64,000 nucleotides of DNA from PVC group bacterium (GTDB lineage: Bacteria > Omnitrophota > Gorgyraeia > B26-G9). A program made the translations under genes and the position numbers. Shown one piece after another: positions 50,788 to 60,108 of the stretch. The notes beneath the pieces were generated by a model. The model was not told where the DNA came from and searched no databases. It saw only the letters and a list, made by a program, of their open reading frames with translations. Position 1 is the first letter of the stretch, and every line of letters starts with the position of its first letter. The DNA is taken from positions 12,668-76,667 of the forward strand of contig JAAEQR010000034.1 in assembly GCA_024231215.1 (NCBI GenBank), given 5' to 3'.

Positions 50788-51714
50788 ATGTCACTCACAT
50801 TGGTTGAAGCTGCAAAGCTAAACTCTGGAGATGTTATCCGTTCCGCTATCATAGAACTCTATGCTAGAAGTTCGGATGTATTACAGTATTTGCCTTTTGA
50901 TGATATTCAGGGCAATGCTTACAAGTATAACCGCGAAGAAACTCTTCCGGGTATAGGATTTAGAGGGGTTAACGAGGCTTATAGCGAGTCTACAGGCGTT
51001 CTTAATCCGATAACTGAACCGCTTGTGATTGCTGGTGGCGATCTTGATGTCGATAAGTTTATTGTCGATACAATGGGTCTAAGCCAAAGATCGGTTCAAG
51101 AAGCAATGAAAGTTAAGGCTCTTTCTCTGAATTGGACTAAAACTTTTATCAAAGGGGATCAACAATCTGAACCTAGAGAATTTGATGGTATTCAAGTTCG
51201 TTGTACAGGGGATCAGGTAATAAGTAATGGTACTGACGCTGGCGGGACAGCCTTATCTCTCGCTAAAATCGATACACTTATTGACCAGGTTAATGAACCT
51301 CAATATCTTCTCATGAATAAAGCAATGAGAAGGCGTTTGACTCAAGCTGCAAGAACCTACACTGTGTCTGGTTTTTTAACTTACACACAAGATTCTTTTG
51401 GTCGGACTCAAACTGTTTATAATGATTTGCCTATTCTCATCTGTGATGAGGACAATGAGGGAAATCAAATTCTTCCTTTTACTGAAGCTGCCGCATCAGG
51501 CGATAGCGTAACCTCATCAATCTACTGTGTTTCTTTTGGAGATGGTAAACTGATGGGTCTTCAAAATGGCGGGATGGATGTTCGGGATATTGGTGAACTC
51601 GATACTAAACCAGCTTTAAGAACAAGGGTAGAATGGTATAACGGCATAGCCGTTTTCCACGGTAAATCTGTTGCTCGTCTAAGGTACATCAAAGACGACA
51701 CGGTAACGGTATAG
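50788..51714 (+). CDS. putative major capsid protein
   Basis: 308 aa, AGGAGG SD, positioned after the scaffold gene. Confidence 0.4.
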   Translation: MSLTLVEAAKLNSGDVIRSAIIELYARSSDVLQYLPFDDIQGNAYKYNREETLPGIGFRGVNEAYSESTGVLNPITEPLVIAGGDLDVDKFIVDTMGLSQRSVQEAMKVKALSLNWTKTFIKGDQQSEPREFDGIQVRCTGDQVISNGTDAGGTALSLAKIDTLIDQVNEPQYLLMNKAMRRRLTQAARTYTVSGFLTYTQDSFGRTQTVYNDLPILICDEDNEGNQILPFTEAAASGDSVTSSIYCVSFGDGKLMGLQNGGMDVRDIGELDTKPALRTRVEWYNGIAVFHGKSVARLRYIKDDTVTV

Positions 51715-51726
51715 GGAGGAGATAAT

Positions 51727-52158
51727 ATGAGTACAGTAAGACGATCTAGAACTTTTGATTATGATCTGTATTTGCACGACGGGACTGCTCTGACTGCATC
51801 TGCATCTGGTACTGTTGATTCTGCCGCAGTTGTTCTCGACCTTGGTACTGGTTTTGTTGACGCTGATCTTATTTTAGATGTAAGCGCGCTGGACGTTGCC
51901 AACGGTGATGAAATAGCAACTGTTGAAGTAAGGCTGAGTGACACTCAGATAGCAACTGAAGTTTATGTTGCGACTCAATACGAGTTGGGTGATTCTGCTG
52001 TTGTTTCGGGAGATGTTGATAGAACCACTGGTCGATATATTATACCTTTCAATAATATTGTCGAAGACGGAAGTTGTAAAAGGTACATGCACTTGTACTT
52101 TACGCTCGCAGGAACCATTGCAGCATTTACCGCTACAGCTTACATAGTCAAGAAGTAG
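51727..52158 (+). CDS. hypothetical structural protein
   Basis: 143 aa, GGAGGAGA SD. Confidence 0.45.
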   Translation: MSTVRRSRTFDYDLYLHDGTALTASASGTVDSAAVVLDLGTGFVDADLILDVSALDVANGDEIATVEVRLSDTQIATEVYVATQYELGDSAVVSGDVDRTTGRYIIPFNNIVEDGSCKRYMHLYFTLAGTIAAFTATAYIVKK

Positions 52159-52222
52159 AACTTAATTTTCTATGGTCGCTGTAAAAGGCGGCCATAGAAA
52201 TAAAAACACAAAGGAGACCAAA

Positions 52223-52528
52223 ATGAACTTACCCCAAAACAAAGACGGGAAGTTTTTCCTTCTGAATTCAGAGGGGAAGGAAGTAGAATTTAATCACGCA
52301 ATTGATGTTCAAGAAGCATTATTTGGAGTGATAGGAAAAGACATAGATTACAAACCGGAACATTTTTTACCGGAAGATTTTGACATGAAAGTTAAAATTG
52401 GTAAAAATGTCCCCGATTCAAGAGAAGATATTATAAATAAAAAGATTAAAAAAAGAGGGAGACCTCCTAAAAACAAAGAAGAAGTGATAGCCAAAGAAGA
52501 GGAAAAGACTGAAAAAGGGAATGATTAG
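52223..52528 (+). CDS. hypothetical protein
   Basis: Start MNLPQNK with an AAGGAG SD (track 52172..52528). Confidence 0.4.
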   Translation: MNLPQNKDGKFFLLNSEGKEVEFNHAIDVQEALFGVIGKDIDYKPEHFLPEDFDMKVKIGKNVPDSREDIINKKIKKRGRPPKNKEEVIAKEEEKTEKGND

Positions 52529-52533
52529 AAACA

Positions 52534-53046
52534 ATGCTTAGTGAAACTTATACTATTGAAGACGTTAAGAACAGACTAAGAAAACCATATTCTTTTTATG
52601 ATTTTAATTCAGATGATGAGTTTGAGTCAACACTCATAACTGTTTCTGAAGATGTAAAATTTCTTCAGATGTACCCTCTTGTTGGTACAACTGGATATGG
52701 CACTATTGAAGATAAGGATAGAGTCAGCTTAACAGCTTACGAAGTATATGTTTATTGGGCGGAAATTTATTATATTTGTTACGAATTTTTAAAATTGGAC
52801 GAGAGAACAACTGGACAGCGCCAAACCAGTTCTGGTTCAGAATCATTAAAAGTTGAAGGGTATCAATACCAGGTTAATAACAGTTATGGTTCTAAATCAC
52901 AGGAAGATGTTTCAAGAGGTTATTTCTTGGAGAAGGCCAGAGGCTATATGAAGTTAGCTGGTTTTGATATGTATTCTCTGGAAAGAACATGCAGTATATT
53001 CGGAACAACTTCAGCAAGCAATGATTCAAGCGAAACTTTAACATGA
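52534..53046 (+). CDS. hypothetical structural protein
   Basis: 170-aa ORF. Confidence 0.45.
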   Translation: MLSETYTIEDVKNRLRKPYSFYDFNSDDEFESTLITVSEDVKFLQMYPLVGTTGYGTIEDKDRVSLTAYEVYVYWAEIYYICYEFLKLDERTTGQRQTSSGSESLKVEGYQYQVNNSYGSKSQEDVSRGYFLEKARGYMKLAGFDMYSLERTCSIFGTTSASNDSSETLT

Positions 53047-54056
53047 TCCCATATGTAGATATTGAATTATATGACCCTATCAGTGTTTATAGCGATTATT
53101 ATTTAACTGGAGAAGACTTGGATATATTGTCCAGTATGATCGAGGAAGGGAGACCCCAGGATGCAGTTGATTACTTTATTAGTCAAAACATACTTCCTCC
53201 TGGAATTAAATATCAAGAGGCATTGTCAAAATATTTGGATTATTCTTCCATGGGTATTTTAAAAGAAAAAGAAAAGAAAAGAGTGTTGCGCAATACTGCG
53301 CTATTAACACTGGGATTATCCTCACTCCTGTACACGAACTATAACACTTTCATCAAAAAGGTTTATGCTGACCATGTTTTCAAAAAAGCTGCCCTGACAG
53401 CCGGGGGAGCGAAACGGGTTGTTAAAGATGAGATCTTAGGCGGGATGGAGCAAATAGTAGACGGAACTTTTACACAAACCCAATTCTTTATTACAAACAG
53501 TATAAAGACCCTTCAGAAAGAAATGTTAACCGCAAATATACGTTTAAATAAGATCGGCCTCAAAGGGGAAGCAGTATCTTATCTTATAGAGGAATTCAAA
53601 GCCGACCTGAAGAACAGATACCCGCACATATTTAAAGCTATCAAAGATGGTAATGTATTAGTTACATCCAAATATGGGCAGGATGGTTATCGGGTTAAAC
53701 ATTTCAAAGTCGATAACTATCTTGACAGTATCATTAGTAAGTCTATCCTTGATTTAGACCGAACTGCCAATGTTGTTTCCGCGACAATTGCCGGGGAAAA
53801 GGTTCTTGAATTTTATCTTGCGAATACAAGAAAAGTTAAGAAAGACAGGGAGATCTGCCAAGAGATCATTGCGAAGAAAATCAACGGAGTTTCTGTATTA
53901 GCGTTAGACGAAGATACTGCGGGGAAGTTAGGAATAATGACCGTTGCCGAGGCAGAAGGTACACCGGATTTTGCGTTCTCTTATAATTGCAGACATGGTC
54001 TCAAAAGGCTGGATCGTGGATATTTACAAGGGATAAATAAAATATTGGGAGACTGA
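53043..54056 (+). CDS. hypothetical structural protein
   Basis: 337-aa ORF, coupled. Confidence 0.45.
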   Translation: MIPYVDIELYDPISVYSDYYLTGEDLDILSSMIEEGRPQDAVDYFISQNILPPGIKYQEALSKYLDYSSMGILKEKEKKRVLRNTALLTLGLSSLLYTNYNTFIKKVYADHVFKKAALTAGGAKRVVKDEILGGMEQIVDGTFTQTQFFITNSIKTLQKEMLTANIRLNKIGLKGEAVSYLIEEFKADLKNRYPHIFKAIKDGNVLVTSKYGQDGYRVKHFKVDNYLDSIISKSILDLDRTANVVSATIAGEKVLEFYLANTRKVKKDREICQEIIAKKINGVSVLALDEDTAGKLGIMTVAEAEGTPDFAFSYNCRHGLKRLDRGYLQGINKILGD

Positions 54057-54057
54057 T

Positions 54058-54321
54058 ATGAAATTCAAATTTAAAATCGAGTTTGATGATGGAAAGATTC
54101 TGGAGCTCTCAGAAAAGAAGGCGAGAGAGCTTTATTTAAAATTGGGGGAGTATTTTTGTAGCCCTTTTCCTGAGTCTCGTATAAAATTGGGGGAGTATTC
54201 TTGTAGCCCTTTTCCTGAGCCTCGTATTTATGAGGAGCCTATAATTGAATGGCCAGAACGTGCGCCGGAACACACACCATCATATCCTATAATAACTTGT
54301 CAGGTGAACGATGGCTGTTGA
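54058..54321 (+). CDS. small protein with internal 15-aa tandem repeat
   Basis: KLGEYFCSPFPESRI / KLGEYSCSPFPEPRI encoded by a 45-bp x2 direct repeat (54138-54227). Confidence 0.4.
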   Translation: MKFKFKIEFDDGKILELSEKKARELYLKLGEYFCSPFPESRIKLGEYSCSPFPEPRIYEEPIIEWPERAPEHTPSYPIITCQVNDGC

Positions 54322-54715
54322 CGATCAACTCACATCAACTAAATTAAGCACAGCAAAAACTCATGTGTATAATGTTACACAACTGGGTTTAGATGTGACT
54401 CTTATAGGTTCAGCGACAAAAGATGAATTCGGGGGAATACTTACCGAAAGCACAATAGACCTTAAAGCCTTTCCGGTAAGACTCACCCCTTATGATAGAG
54501 ATGTAACGAGAAGAATAAGCTGGGCGGAAGACACAGATCTTATCGCATATGTTTCCAAAAAGGAAATAGATGACTTAGGATTAACTTCAGAGAATATAAG
54601 ACGGAACTACAAGAAGATCAGACACGGGGGAAAGACATATGAACTTCGTTATACAGAACCATATAACGCTTTTGGAACTGACTTTCTGTATTATGTGCTT
54701 GGCGGTAAAGCTTAA
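54311..54715 (+). CDS. hypothetical structural protein
   Basis: 134-aa ORF. Confidence 0.45.
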   Translation: MAVDDQLTSTKLSTAKTHVYNVTQLGLDVTLIGSATKDEFGGILTESTIDLKAFPVRLTPYDRDVTRRISWAEDTDLIAYVSKKEIDDLGLTSENIRRNYKKIRHGGKTYELRYTEPYNAFGTDFLYYVLGGKA

Positions 54716-55302
54716 TGGTTACATGTAGATTAGATCAAAGAAGTTTCGATGAATTCGTAAAGGGATTACAGGAATTAGGGCATAAGATCAACGATCCTAA
54801 CCTGCAATTGCATCGAGCTAAAAAATTTAGGGAATATACTATAAAGGCAGTTAGCAGCGGGGAAATAGATTTAAAGGCTTTGTCAGGGTTAACCCAGGCT
54901 ATTTCCGGAGGAACTTACGGCCCCATATGGAAGACAGGCGGGGTTTTAAGAGAAATGGGGTTTAAATCCACAGGAAAGAATACTGCGGAAGCTGGGTATT
55001 GGGACGACACTACAAGGATGCTTCCCGGGAAAAAGATAACTTATGCCGGATGGGTAAGGGCTTTACATACAGGTTTTCGCATCCCTTTAAAGGGGGACGC
55101 AGGGGAAAGAGTTAGATGGTGGTTCAGGAAATATCACGGGATTGTATTTAAAGAAAGTACAGAATGGTTAATAGTACCGCCGAGACCGTTTGTTTGGAAA
55201 GCTTATTTTGATTATGTCAGGACGAATAAAGACGTTGAAGCAGTTGATGAATTCTTAAGAGGATTATCTAATAGTCCGAAAACTACCAGTGGGGCATCTT
55301 AA
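54715..55302 (+). CDS. hypothetical structural protein
   Basis: 195-aa ORF. Confidence 0.45.
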   Translation: MVTCRLDQRSFDEFVKGLQELGHKINDPNLQLHRAKKFREYTIKAVSSGEIDLKALSGLTQAISGGTYGPIWKTGGVLREMGFKSTGKNTAEAGYWDDTTRMLPGKKITYAGWVRALHTGFRIPLKGDAGERVRWWFRKYHGIVFKESTEWLIVPPRPFVWKAYFDYVRTNKDVEAVDEFLRGLSNSPKTTSGAS

Positions 55303-56414
55303 TGTTTGATGAATTTCAAAATGTAGCGTGGACTCCTTCTGATGCGGGGCTCATAACAATTGCCGACAATACAGACACCTCGGTTTCCGGGGCATGCACA
55401 AGCCTTGTATTCGCAAGTGCTGCGAATGAATATGTTGACTTCACCTTCACTGGTGTTGATTTATCTCAATGGCAGGAAGTGGTTTTATGGCTTTACATGA
55501 GAGACCAGCTTACTGCGGATAATGTTTTACGGATTACGATAGATGGAACTAATTATGATCTCAGTAGAGCCGATATAGTCAATGCTGGCAAATGGAAACA
55601 GATCCTGTTTGACTGTACGGAAATGGGAACTGTTTATTCTATTCGTTTCACTTCTCTGGTTGCCAACTTGACACTGTTCGTGGATTATGTAGGTCACAGG
55701 AAAGTGGGTTATGACATGGACGTTGATGTTATAAAGGCCCTTAAAGCCCACATAAGCCTTGACTATGATGTTGCGACAACTTTATCCGCCGATGTGTCTG
55801 CTGGTGCTACCGATATTTCAGTGGACAGTATTGCGTACATCACTGACAAGTCCCTGATTGAATTAGAGGATGCCTCGGGGAACATAGAACCGACCCAGAT
55901 AGAAAGTCGGGAAGGAACAACCCTGACCATGGGGGTATCTGTTACAGGAACATACTCTGAAGGGGACGAAGTGAGAATAACCTGTCCCGTAAGATCAGAG
56001 GATTTTGATGAGTTGGAACCTGACCCGGTGTGCGGGATAAATGTTTACGATAGACACGCGGACAGGACTCCGGACATTCTCCAAACAGAGAATGGCCCGA
56101 AGTATATTGAGTATCTCGGCTCACTCGGGATAATCATATACATAGATTGTAGCAACAAAAAAAAGTTGTTGCAATTATCCAGAGAATTTGATAATAAATA
56201 TGGAAAAGGATTTGTATTTTTGTTAGACGGAGATAAAGTAACTATATATTTAGAGGATTCTGTTTTCTCAGATTCGATTATAGGAAATAACCCCAGAATG
56301 GCTTATTATTATTTTGTCGAACCCCAGCCTTACTCGCAGTCAGTTTTCGGCACCACTGGAACCTTAACCGTAATACCGCAATCTTTGAGTACAGCAGTCA
56401 CTATAGAAAGTTGA
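55302..56414 (+). CDS. hypothetical structural protein
   Basis: 370-aa ORF. Confidence 0.45.
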   Translation: MFDEFQNVAWTPSDAGLITIADNTDTSVSGACTSLVFASAANEYVDFTFTGVDLSQWQEVVLWLYMRDQLTADNVLRITIDGTNYDLSRADIVNAGKWKQILFDCTEMGTVYSIRFTSLVANLTLFVDYVGHRKVGYDMDVDVIKALKAHISLDYDVATTLSADVSAGATDISVDSIAYITDKSLIELEDASGNIEPTQIESREGTTLTMGVSVTGTYSEGDEVRITCPVRSEDFDELEPDPVCGINVYDRHADRTPDILQTENGPKYIEYLGSLGIIIYIDCSNKKKLLQLSREFDNKYGKGFVFLLDGDKVTIYLEDSVFSDSIIGNNPRMAYYYFVEPQPYSQSVFGTTGTLTVIPQSLSTAVTIES

Positions 56415-56416
56415 TA

Positions 56417-56590
56417 TGAAATATAGATTTAAAAATAAAACGGATTGTATTCAACAGTTGTCCCTTATAAGCGGCGGTAGTGTTGTAGTCTTACCGAGAA
56501 GTCGGACAGGGGGTTTTGTTGATTTAGATATTTCTACGATGTACAAAGATGAATTTGAGAGAGCAAGAAATTTTTTTGAAGTTACTCTTA
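56417..56590 (+). CDS. small protein (57 aa)
   Basis: Manually found ORF (MKYRFKNKTDCIQQLSLISGGSVVVLPRS...) just past the upstream stop. Confidence 0.25.
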
Positions 56591-56626
56591 TTTAGATAGA
56601 GGAATAATTAAAGGAGGTTTTACGAT

Positions 56627-58426
56627 ATGCCTAATTATGGAGCATATGCTAAACGAGTCCCGGCAACAGGTGGGGCGGTTTTAGCTGATGTAGATATTTA
56701 CAAGCTTGCTTTATTGGCTAAGACAGAACGCGGAATTGTGGACAGCGATGGTTTACCCATTGTCCATTCTGAAATATACTCTTTTTCAGATTTTTACAAG
56801 AAGTGTGGAGGTCATAATACCAGTTATTATGGTGCCTATGTCGCAGAGTCTTTTTTCAAGGAACTGGAAAGTAATATCAGTTGCGAGTTAAAGGTTCTCA
56901 GTTATTTAGATGCTTCTGCCGTTCAAGCGACTTACGAAATGCTGGACGATGACAGTGACAAGATTTTTGATGTTAAGGCTGGAAGAAAAGGGAAGAATGA
57001 TAAATCAGCTTTCGGCAACAAGATCGGAATAAAGGTCACTCAGATAGCGACACTTGAGATGAAAATTTCAAGCGGTATTGGGACAACTGCCACAACTGCA
57101 ACACTCAATAGTGTTGACAGCCTGGATGTAGGACACTACATCACTTTCACAGAAGGTTCAAATGTGGAAACAAGGGCTTTAACAGCAGTAAACGATTCTA
57201 CGAAAGCAGTTACATTCGCAGCCTTGAGCGGAGGAACTGGTTTTACCGCTTCAGGAACTACTGTCAATAGAGAAGACGTGAAGATTGAAGTCGCAACAAA
57301 AGACAATGGCGGTTCTTACCAAAAACAGGAAGAATGGGAAGAGGCTTTTACCGAAGCTGATACAACTGGAATTGCCGGGGTTATCAATGACGTAATTAGC
57401 GGGAGTGATTATATCATTCTTGCTGTTGATGCCACAAACACCAGTGATCCTGAAGATATAACTCCTGCTGCGCTAACTACCTGGACAGCATTAACAGGGG
57501 GTGCGGACGGTTCTGCTGCGGCGGATTCGGACTGGGATTCTTTAGCCACTACTTACTTTGGGGACGAAGAGTTCTCAATCATGCTTGCTCCTGAAGGGAC
57601 GAGTATTACTCACAATAACAACATGGTAGATTTTTGTACCGATGGTTACAAAGGGTTATACTATTGTCAATCTTCAAATGGAGCCTCTGCTGATACTCTG
57701 AAAAACTTTGGAGCATCAATGAGGGGCGGGATCAAGTTTGGAATGATTCCTTCTGACAAGTGGATCGGTGTTGATGATCCTCTCAGGAGAGGTCAATTAA
57801 AGGATATACCGAAGGTCGGTATAGACGCAGCATTCTGGTTTAACACCTACAGCAAATTTGGAGAAAGCAAAGTTGCCGCAGGAAATAAACCTGAGATGAT
57901 TCTTAAAAGTAGCGATAAACTTCGGGACAGTAATGGTTTAGTGCATGATGATAGAACTGGGGCTGGCGGCAGAATGATCAGGAATTATTCTGTTAACATA
58001 TGCCGTTACAAAAGAGGAAGAGGGATTACTAACAATAGTGCCAGGACTCTTAGTACGGATGCTGGTTACAGGTATCAGAATCAGATAATGCAGTGGATCT
58101 TATATTCTCGCTCAATTGTTGCTTTTTTAAAGCAGATAGAACAAGACAAGGCTGGAGCAACTACTATGTTGTCGCACAGGGCTTCAGTTGAAAGTTATAT
58201 GAGAAAGAAATATAACGCTGGTCATCTGTTTGTAGGACAGAAAGAAGACGGTTCATTCACTGGTTTTACCGATGTATGTATAGTCATAAATGATTTTACG
58301 ATAAATACTCTGGTAAATATATCCAATGGTATTGAAGAAATCTTCTTACAATTTGTTGCACCGCCGCCTATTGAAGAAGCGATTCTTTCTCTGGCTAGTG
58401 CATCAGTCACAACAGTAAAAGGATAG
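56627..58426 (+). CDS. putative tail sheath protein
   Basis: 599 aa; AAAGGAGG SD; followed by a small tube-like gene, a frameshifted chaperone pair and a tape measure gene (myovirus order). Confidence 0.4.
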   Translation: MPNYGAYAKRVPATGGAVLADVDIYKLALLAKTERGIVDSDGLPIVHSEIYSFSDFYKKCGGHNTSYYGAYVAESFFKELESNISCELKVLSYLDASAVQATYEMLDDDSDKIFDVKAGRKGKNDKSAFGNKIGIKVTQIATLEMKISSGIGTTATTATLNSVDSLDVGHYITFTEGSNVETRALTAVNDSTKAVTFAALSGGTGFTASGTTVNREDVKIEVATKDNGGSYQKQEEWEEAFTEADTTGIAGVINDVISGSDYIILAVDATNTSDPEDITPAALTTWTALTGGADGSAAADSDWDSLATTYFGDEEFSIMLAPEGTSITHNNNMVDFCTDGYKGLYYCQSSNGASADTLKNFGASMRGGIKFGMIPSDKWIGVDDPLRRGQLKDIPKVGIDAAFWFNTYSKFGESKVAAGNKPEMILKSSDKLRDSNGLVHDDRTGAGGRMIRNYSVNICRYKRGRGITNNSARTLSTDAGYRYQNQIMQWILYSRSIVAFLKQIEQDKAGATTMLSHRASVESYMRKKYNAGHLFVGQKEDGSFTGFTDVCIVINDFTINTLVNISNGIEEIFLQFVAPPPIEEAILSLASASVTTVKG

Positions 58427-58436
58427 GAGGAATAAA

Positions 58437-58910
58437 TTGGGAAGACCACAAAGTTATAATTACGAAATACAGATTGGAAGCAGTGCTGCTGCGGTAGTTT
58501 ACCCCGCTTCAATAGGAGAATTTGGAGAAGGGGAAGAAGGCCGGATCGATGTGGCGGATGGAGACAGACGTTATAAGATCAGAGATCAGATCTATGATAT
58601 TGGAGAGATAGAAGTAGTTGTTTATCTCAAAGCCGACATGAGGGAAGTTAATCTCATGGATCGTTGGGCTATAAGTGGTGATTCAGAAACGGTCTATATT
58701 CGTGCTAGAGGAGAAGGAAGAGATGATCCCAGCACTGGTGTTCCGGTTGGTGGAAGAACGATAATGGCTGAATGGGAACTTACAGATGTTGAGTGTGCCA
58801 TGGGTAAGAAGTCTCCTTTTGATAGAAACAGTAAAGCTGTTGATACCAAAAGATATACCCTTTTGCCGACAGAAGTTCTGAGGACTTATCCTGATCGACC
58901 AAATCCGTAA
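58437..58910 (+). CDS. putative tail tube protein
   Basis: 157 aa, immediately after the sheath candidate. Confidence 0.4.
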   Translation: MGRPQSYNYEIQIGSSAAAVVYPASIGEFGEGEEGRIDVADGDRRYKIRDQIYDIGEIEVVVYLKADMREVNLMDRWAISGDSETVYIRARGEGRDDPSTGVPVGGRTIMAEWELTDVECAMGKKSPFDRNSKAVDTKRYTLLPTEVLRTYPDRPNP

Positions 58911-58950
58911 ATAGTTTTTAAATACAAAGAGCAAGTAACAAGGAGTTTTT

Positions 58951-59817
58951 ATGACGAAGGACAAAATTAGACTATATTTTGGTTTAACAAGGAATGAAGA
59001 ATGGTACAACTACGCAGAGATTTTCCCATGTGAAGGCGGAACTCTCGCGATGTTGGACACAGGGGACAAGACCGGGATTTCCCGGTTTAAGAAATTGGTT
59101 AAAGGTTCTGTTAAAACTTTATACTCAGAAGAGGGCAAGAGTTATAATCTTATCCCTGCTGACTACGGGGGTATAAGAGCCATTGATGCCTGGAAGATCG
59201 GATATGAACAGATTAAGATAACAACCGATGAAGAACACCCGATAATCCCGGAAAATTTCTTCTGCGAAGTTTGCAGTCGTCCAAACGAGGAAAGGTATAC
59301 TCCGGTAAGAGAAAGTTGGCAGAAACTTATTGATGACGGTTTAATCGATGAAGTTTTTTCTGATGACTCTTCCTGGAAGTTTGAAGTTAAGCTGGAGTGT
59401 CCCATAGTTGTTCCTCAAAGCCAGATTTCTGTAGGAGGAGAATTCGATACACTTATCATGCAACCAGTATCTCTTGACGATGTGATGCTCATACAAAAAG
59501 ATAATTTTGCGATGAGTACAGAAGCTAATCAAATATTTGCCACATGGGATATTGCTATTGTTAATGTGCCGGGTTTAAGTGACAGGGAATTAAATACCCT
59601 GAAGAGAACACCGGAATCCTTCTTTACAAAAACATATCTCGATCCAAAGAATTATGAGACCATGGAAAGAGCTATGGTGCAAAATGCTAAAGGTATTGAT
59701 GCTTCAGACAGAAAGGTTTACTGTAGCTATTGCGGGGGAGAAATCGGAGGTTATTTGGATCAAACAAATTTTTTCTCTCCCTTGTTGCCGAAGCCATTTT
59801 CCCGAAAAGGCATGTAA
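58951..59817 (+). CDS. tail assembly chaperone (gpG-like, short form)
   Basis: 288 aa; overlapped at its 3' end by a -1-frame ORF; position between tube and tape measure. Confidence 0.5.
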   Translation: MTKDKIRLYFGLTRNEEWYNYAEIFPCEGGTLAMLDTGDKTGISRFKKLVKGSVKTLYSEEGKSYNLIPADYGGIRAIDAWKIGYEQIKITTDEEHPIIPENFFCEVCSRPNEERYTPVRESWQKLIDDGLIDEVFSDDSSWKFEVKLECPIVVPQSQISVGGEFDTLIMQPVSLDDVMLIQKDNFAMSTEANQIFATWDIAIVNVPGLSDRELNTLKRTPESFFTKTYLDPKNYETMERAMVQNAKGIDASDRKVYCSYCGGEIGGYLDQTNFFSPLLPKPFSRKGM

Positions 59818-60092
59818 GAAGCGATGTGATATTTTATCCATCCATCGGGAACAAGGGATATCCGTACACGGACTGGAGAACGAATAACTGGGAATTTTCG
59901 TGTGAGTTTTTAGAGGATGTGTCTGAACGATATAAACATATTTGCCGGATATTGAGGATCAAGTATCACTGGCCTCCGGACATTGTTGACAACATTAAAA
60001 TAAAAAGATTATTAAGGATTTTTGAAGAAACGATGGAAGATTTTACGATAAAAGACCCCGACACGGGTGAAGAAAAGTTCATGTTAGACTGA
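59730..60092 (+). CDS. tail assembly chaperone -1 frameshift extension (gpGT-like long form, 58951..59770 joined to 59770..60092)
   Basis: The -1 frame ORF begins inside the upstream gene; slippery heptamer A_AAT_TTT at 59764-59770 in the zero frame. Confidence 0.4.
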   Translation: MRGRNRRLFGSNKFFLSLVAEAIFPKRHVRSDVIFYPSIGNKGYPYTDWRTNNWEFSCEFLEDVSERYKHICRILRIKYHWPPDIVDNIKIKRLLRIFEETMEDFTIKDPDTGEEKFMLD

Positions 60093-60108
60093 TCTTAAGA
60101 GGTTATGA

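Noticed and set aside
50085-50794. Minus-strand ORFs 50085..50588, 50075..50257 and 50585..50794 opposite the scaffold gene
   Set aside because: They are antisense to a well-positioned structural gene. The translations are Phe/Leu-rich, typical of the antisense of an E/K-rich coding strand.
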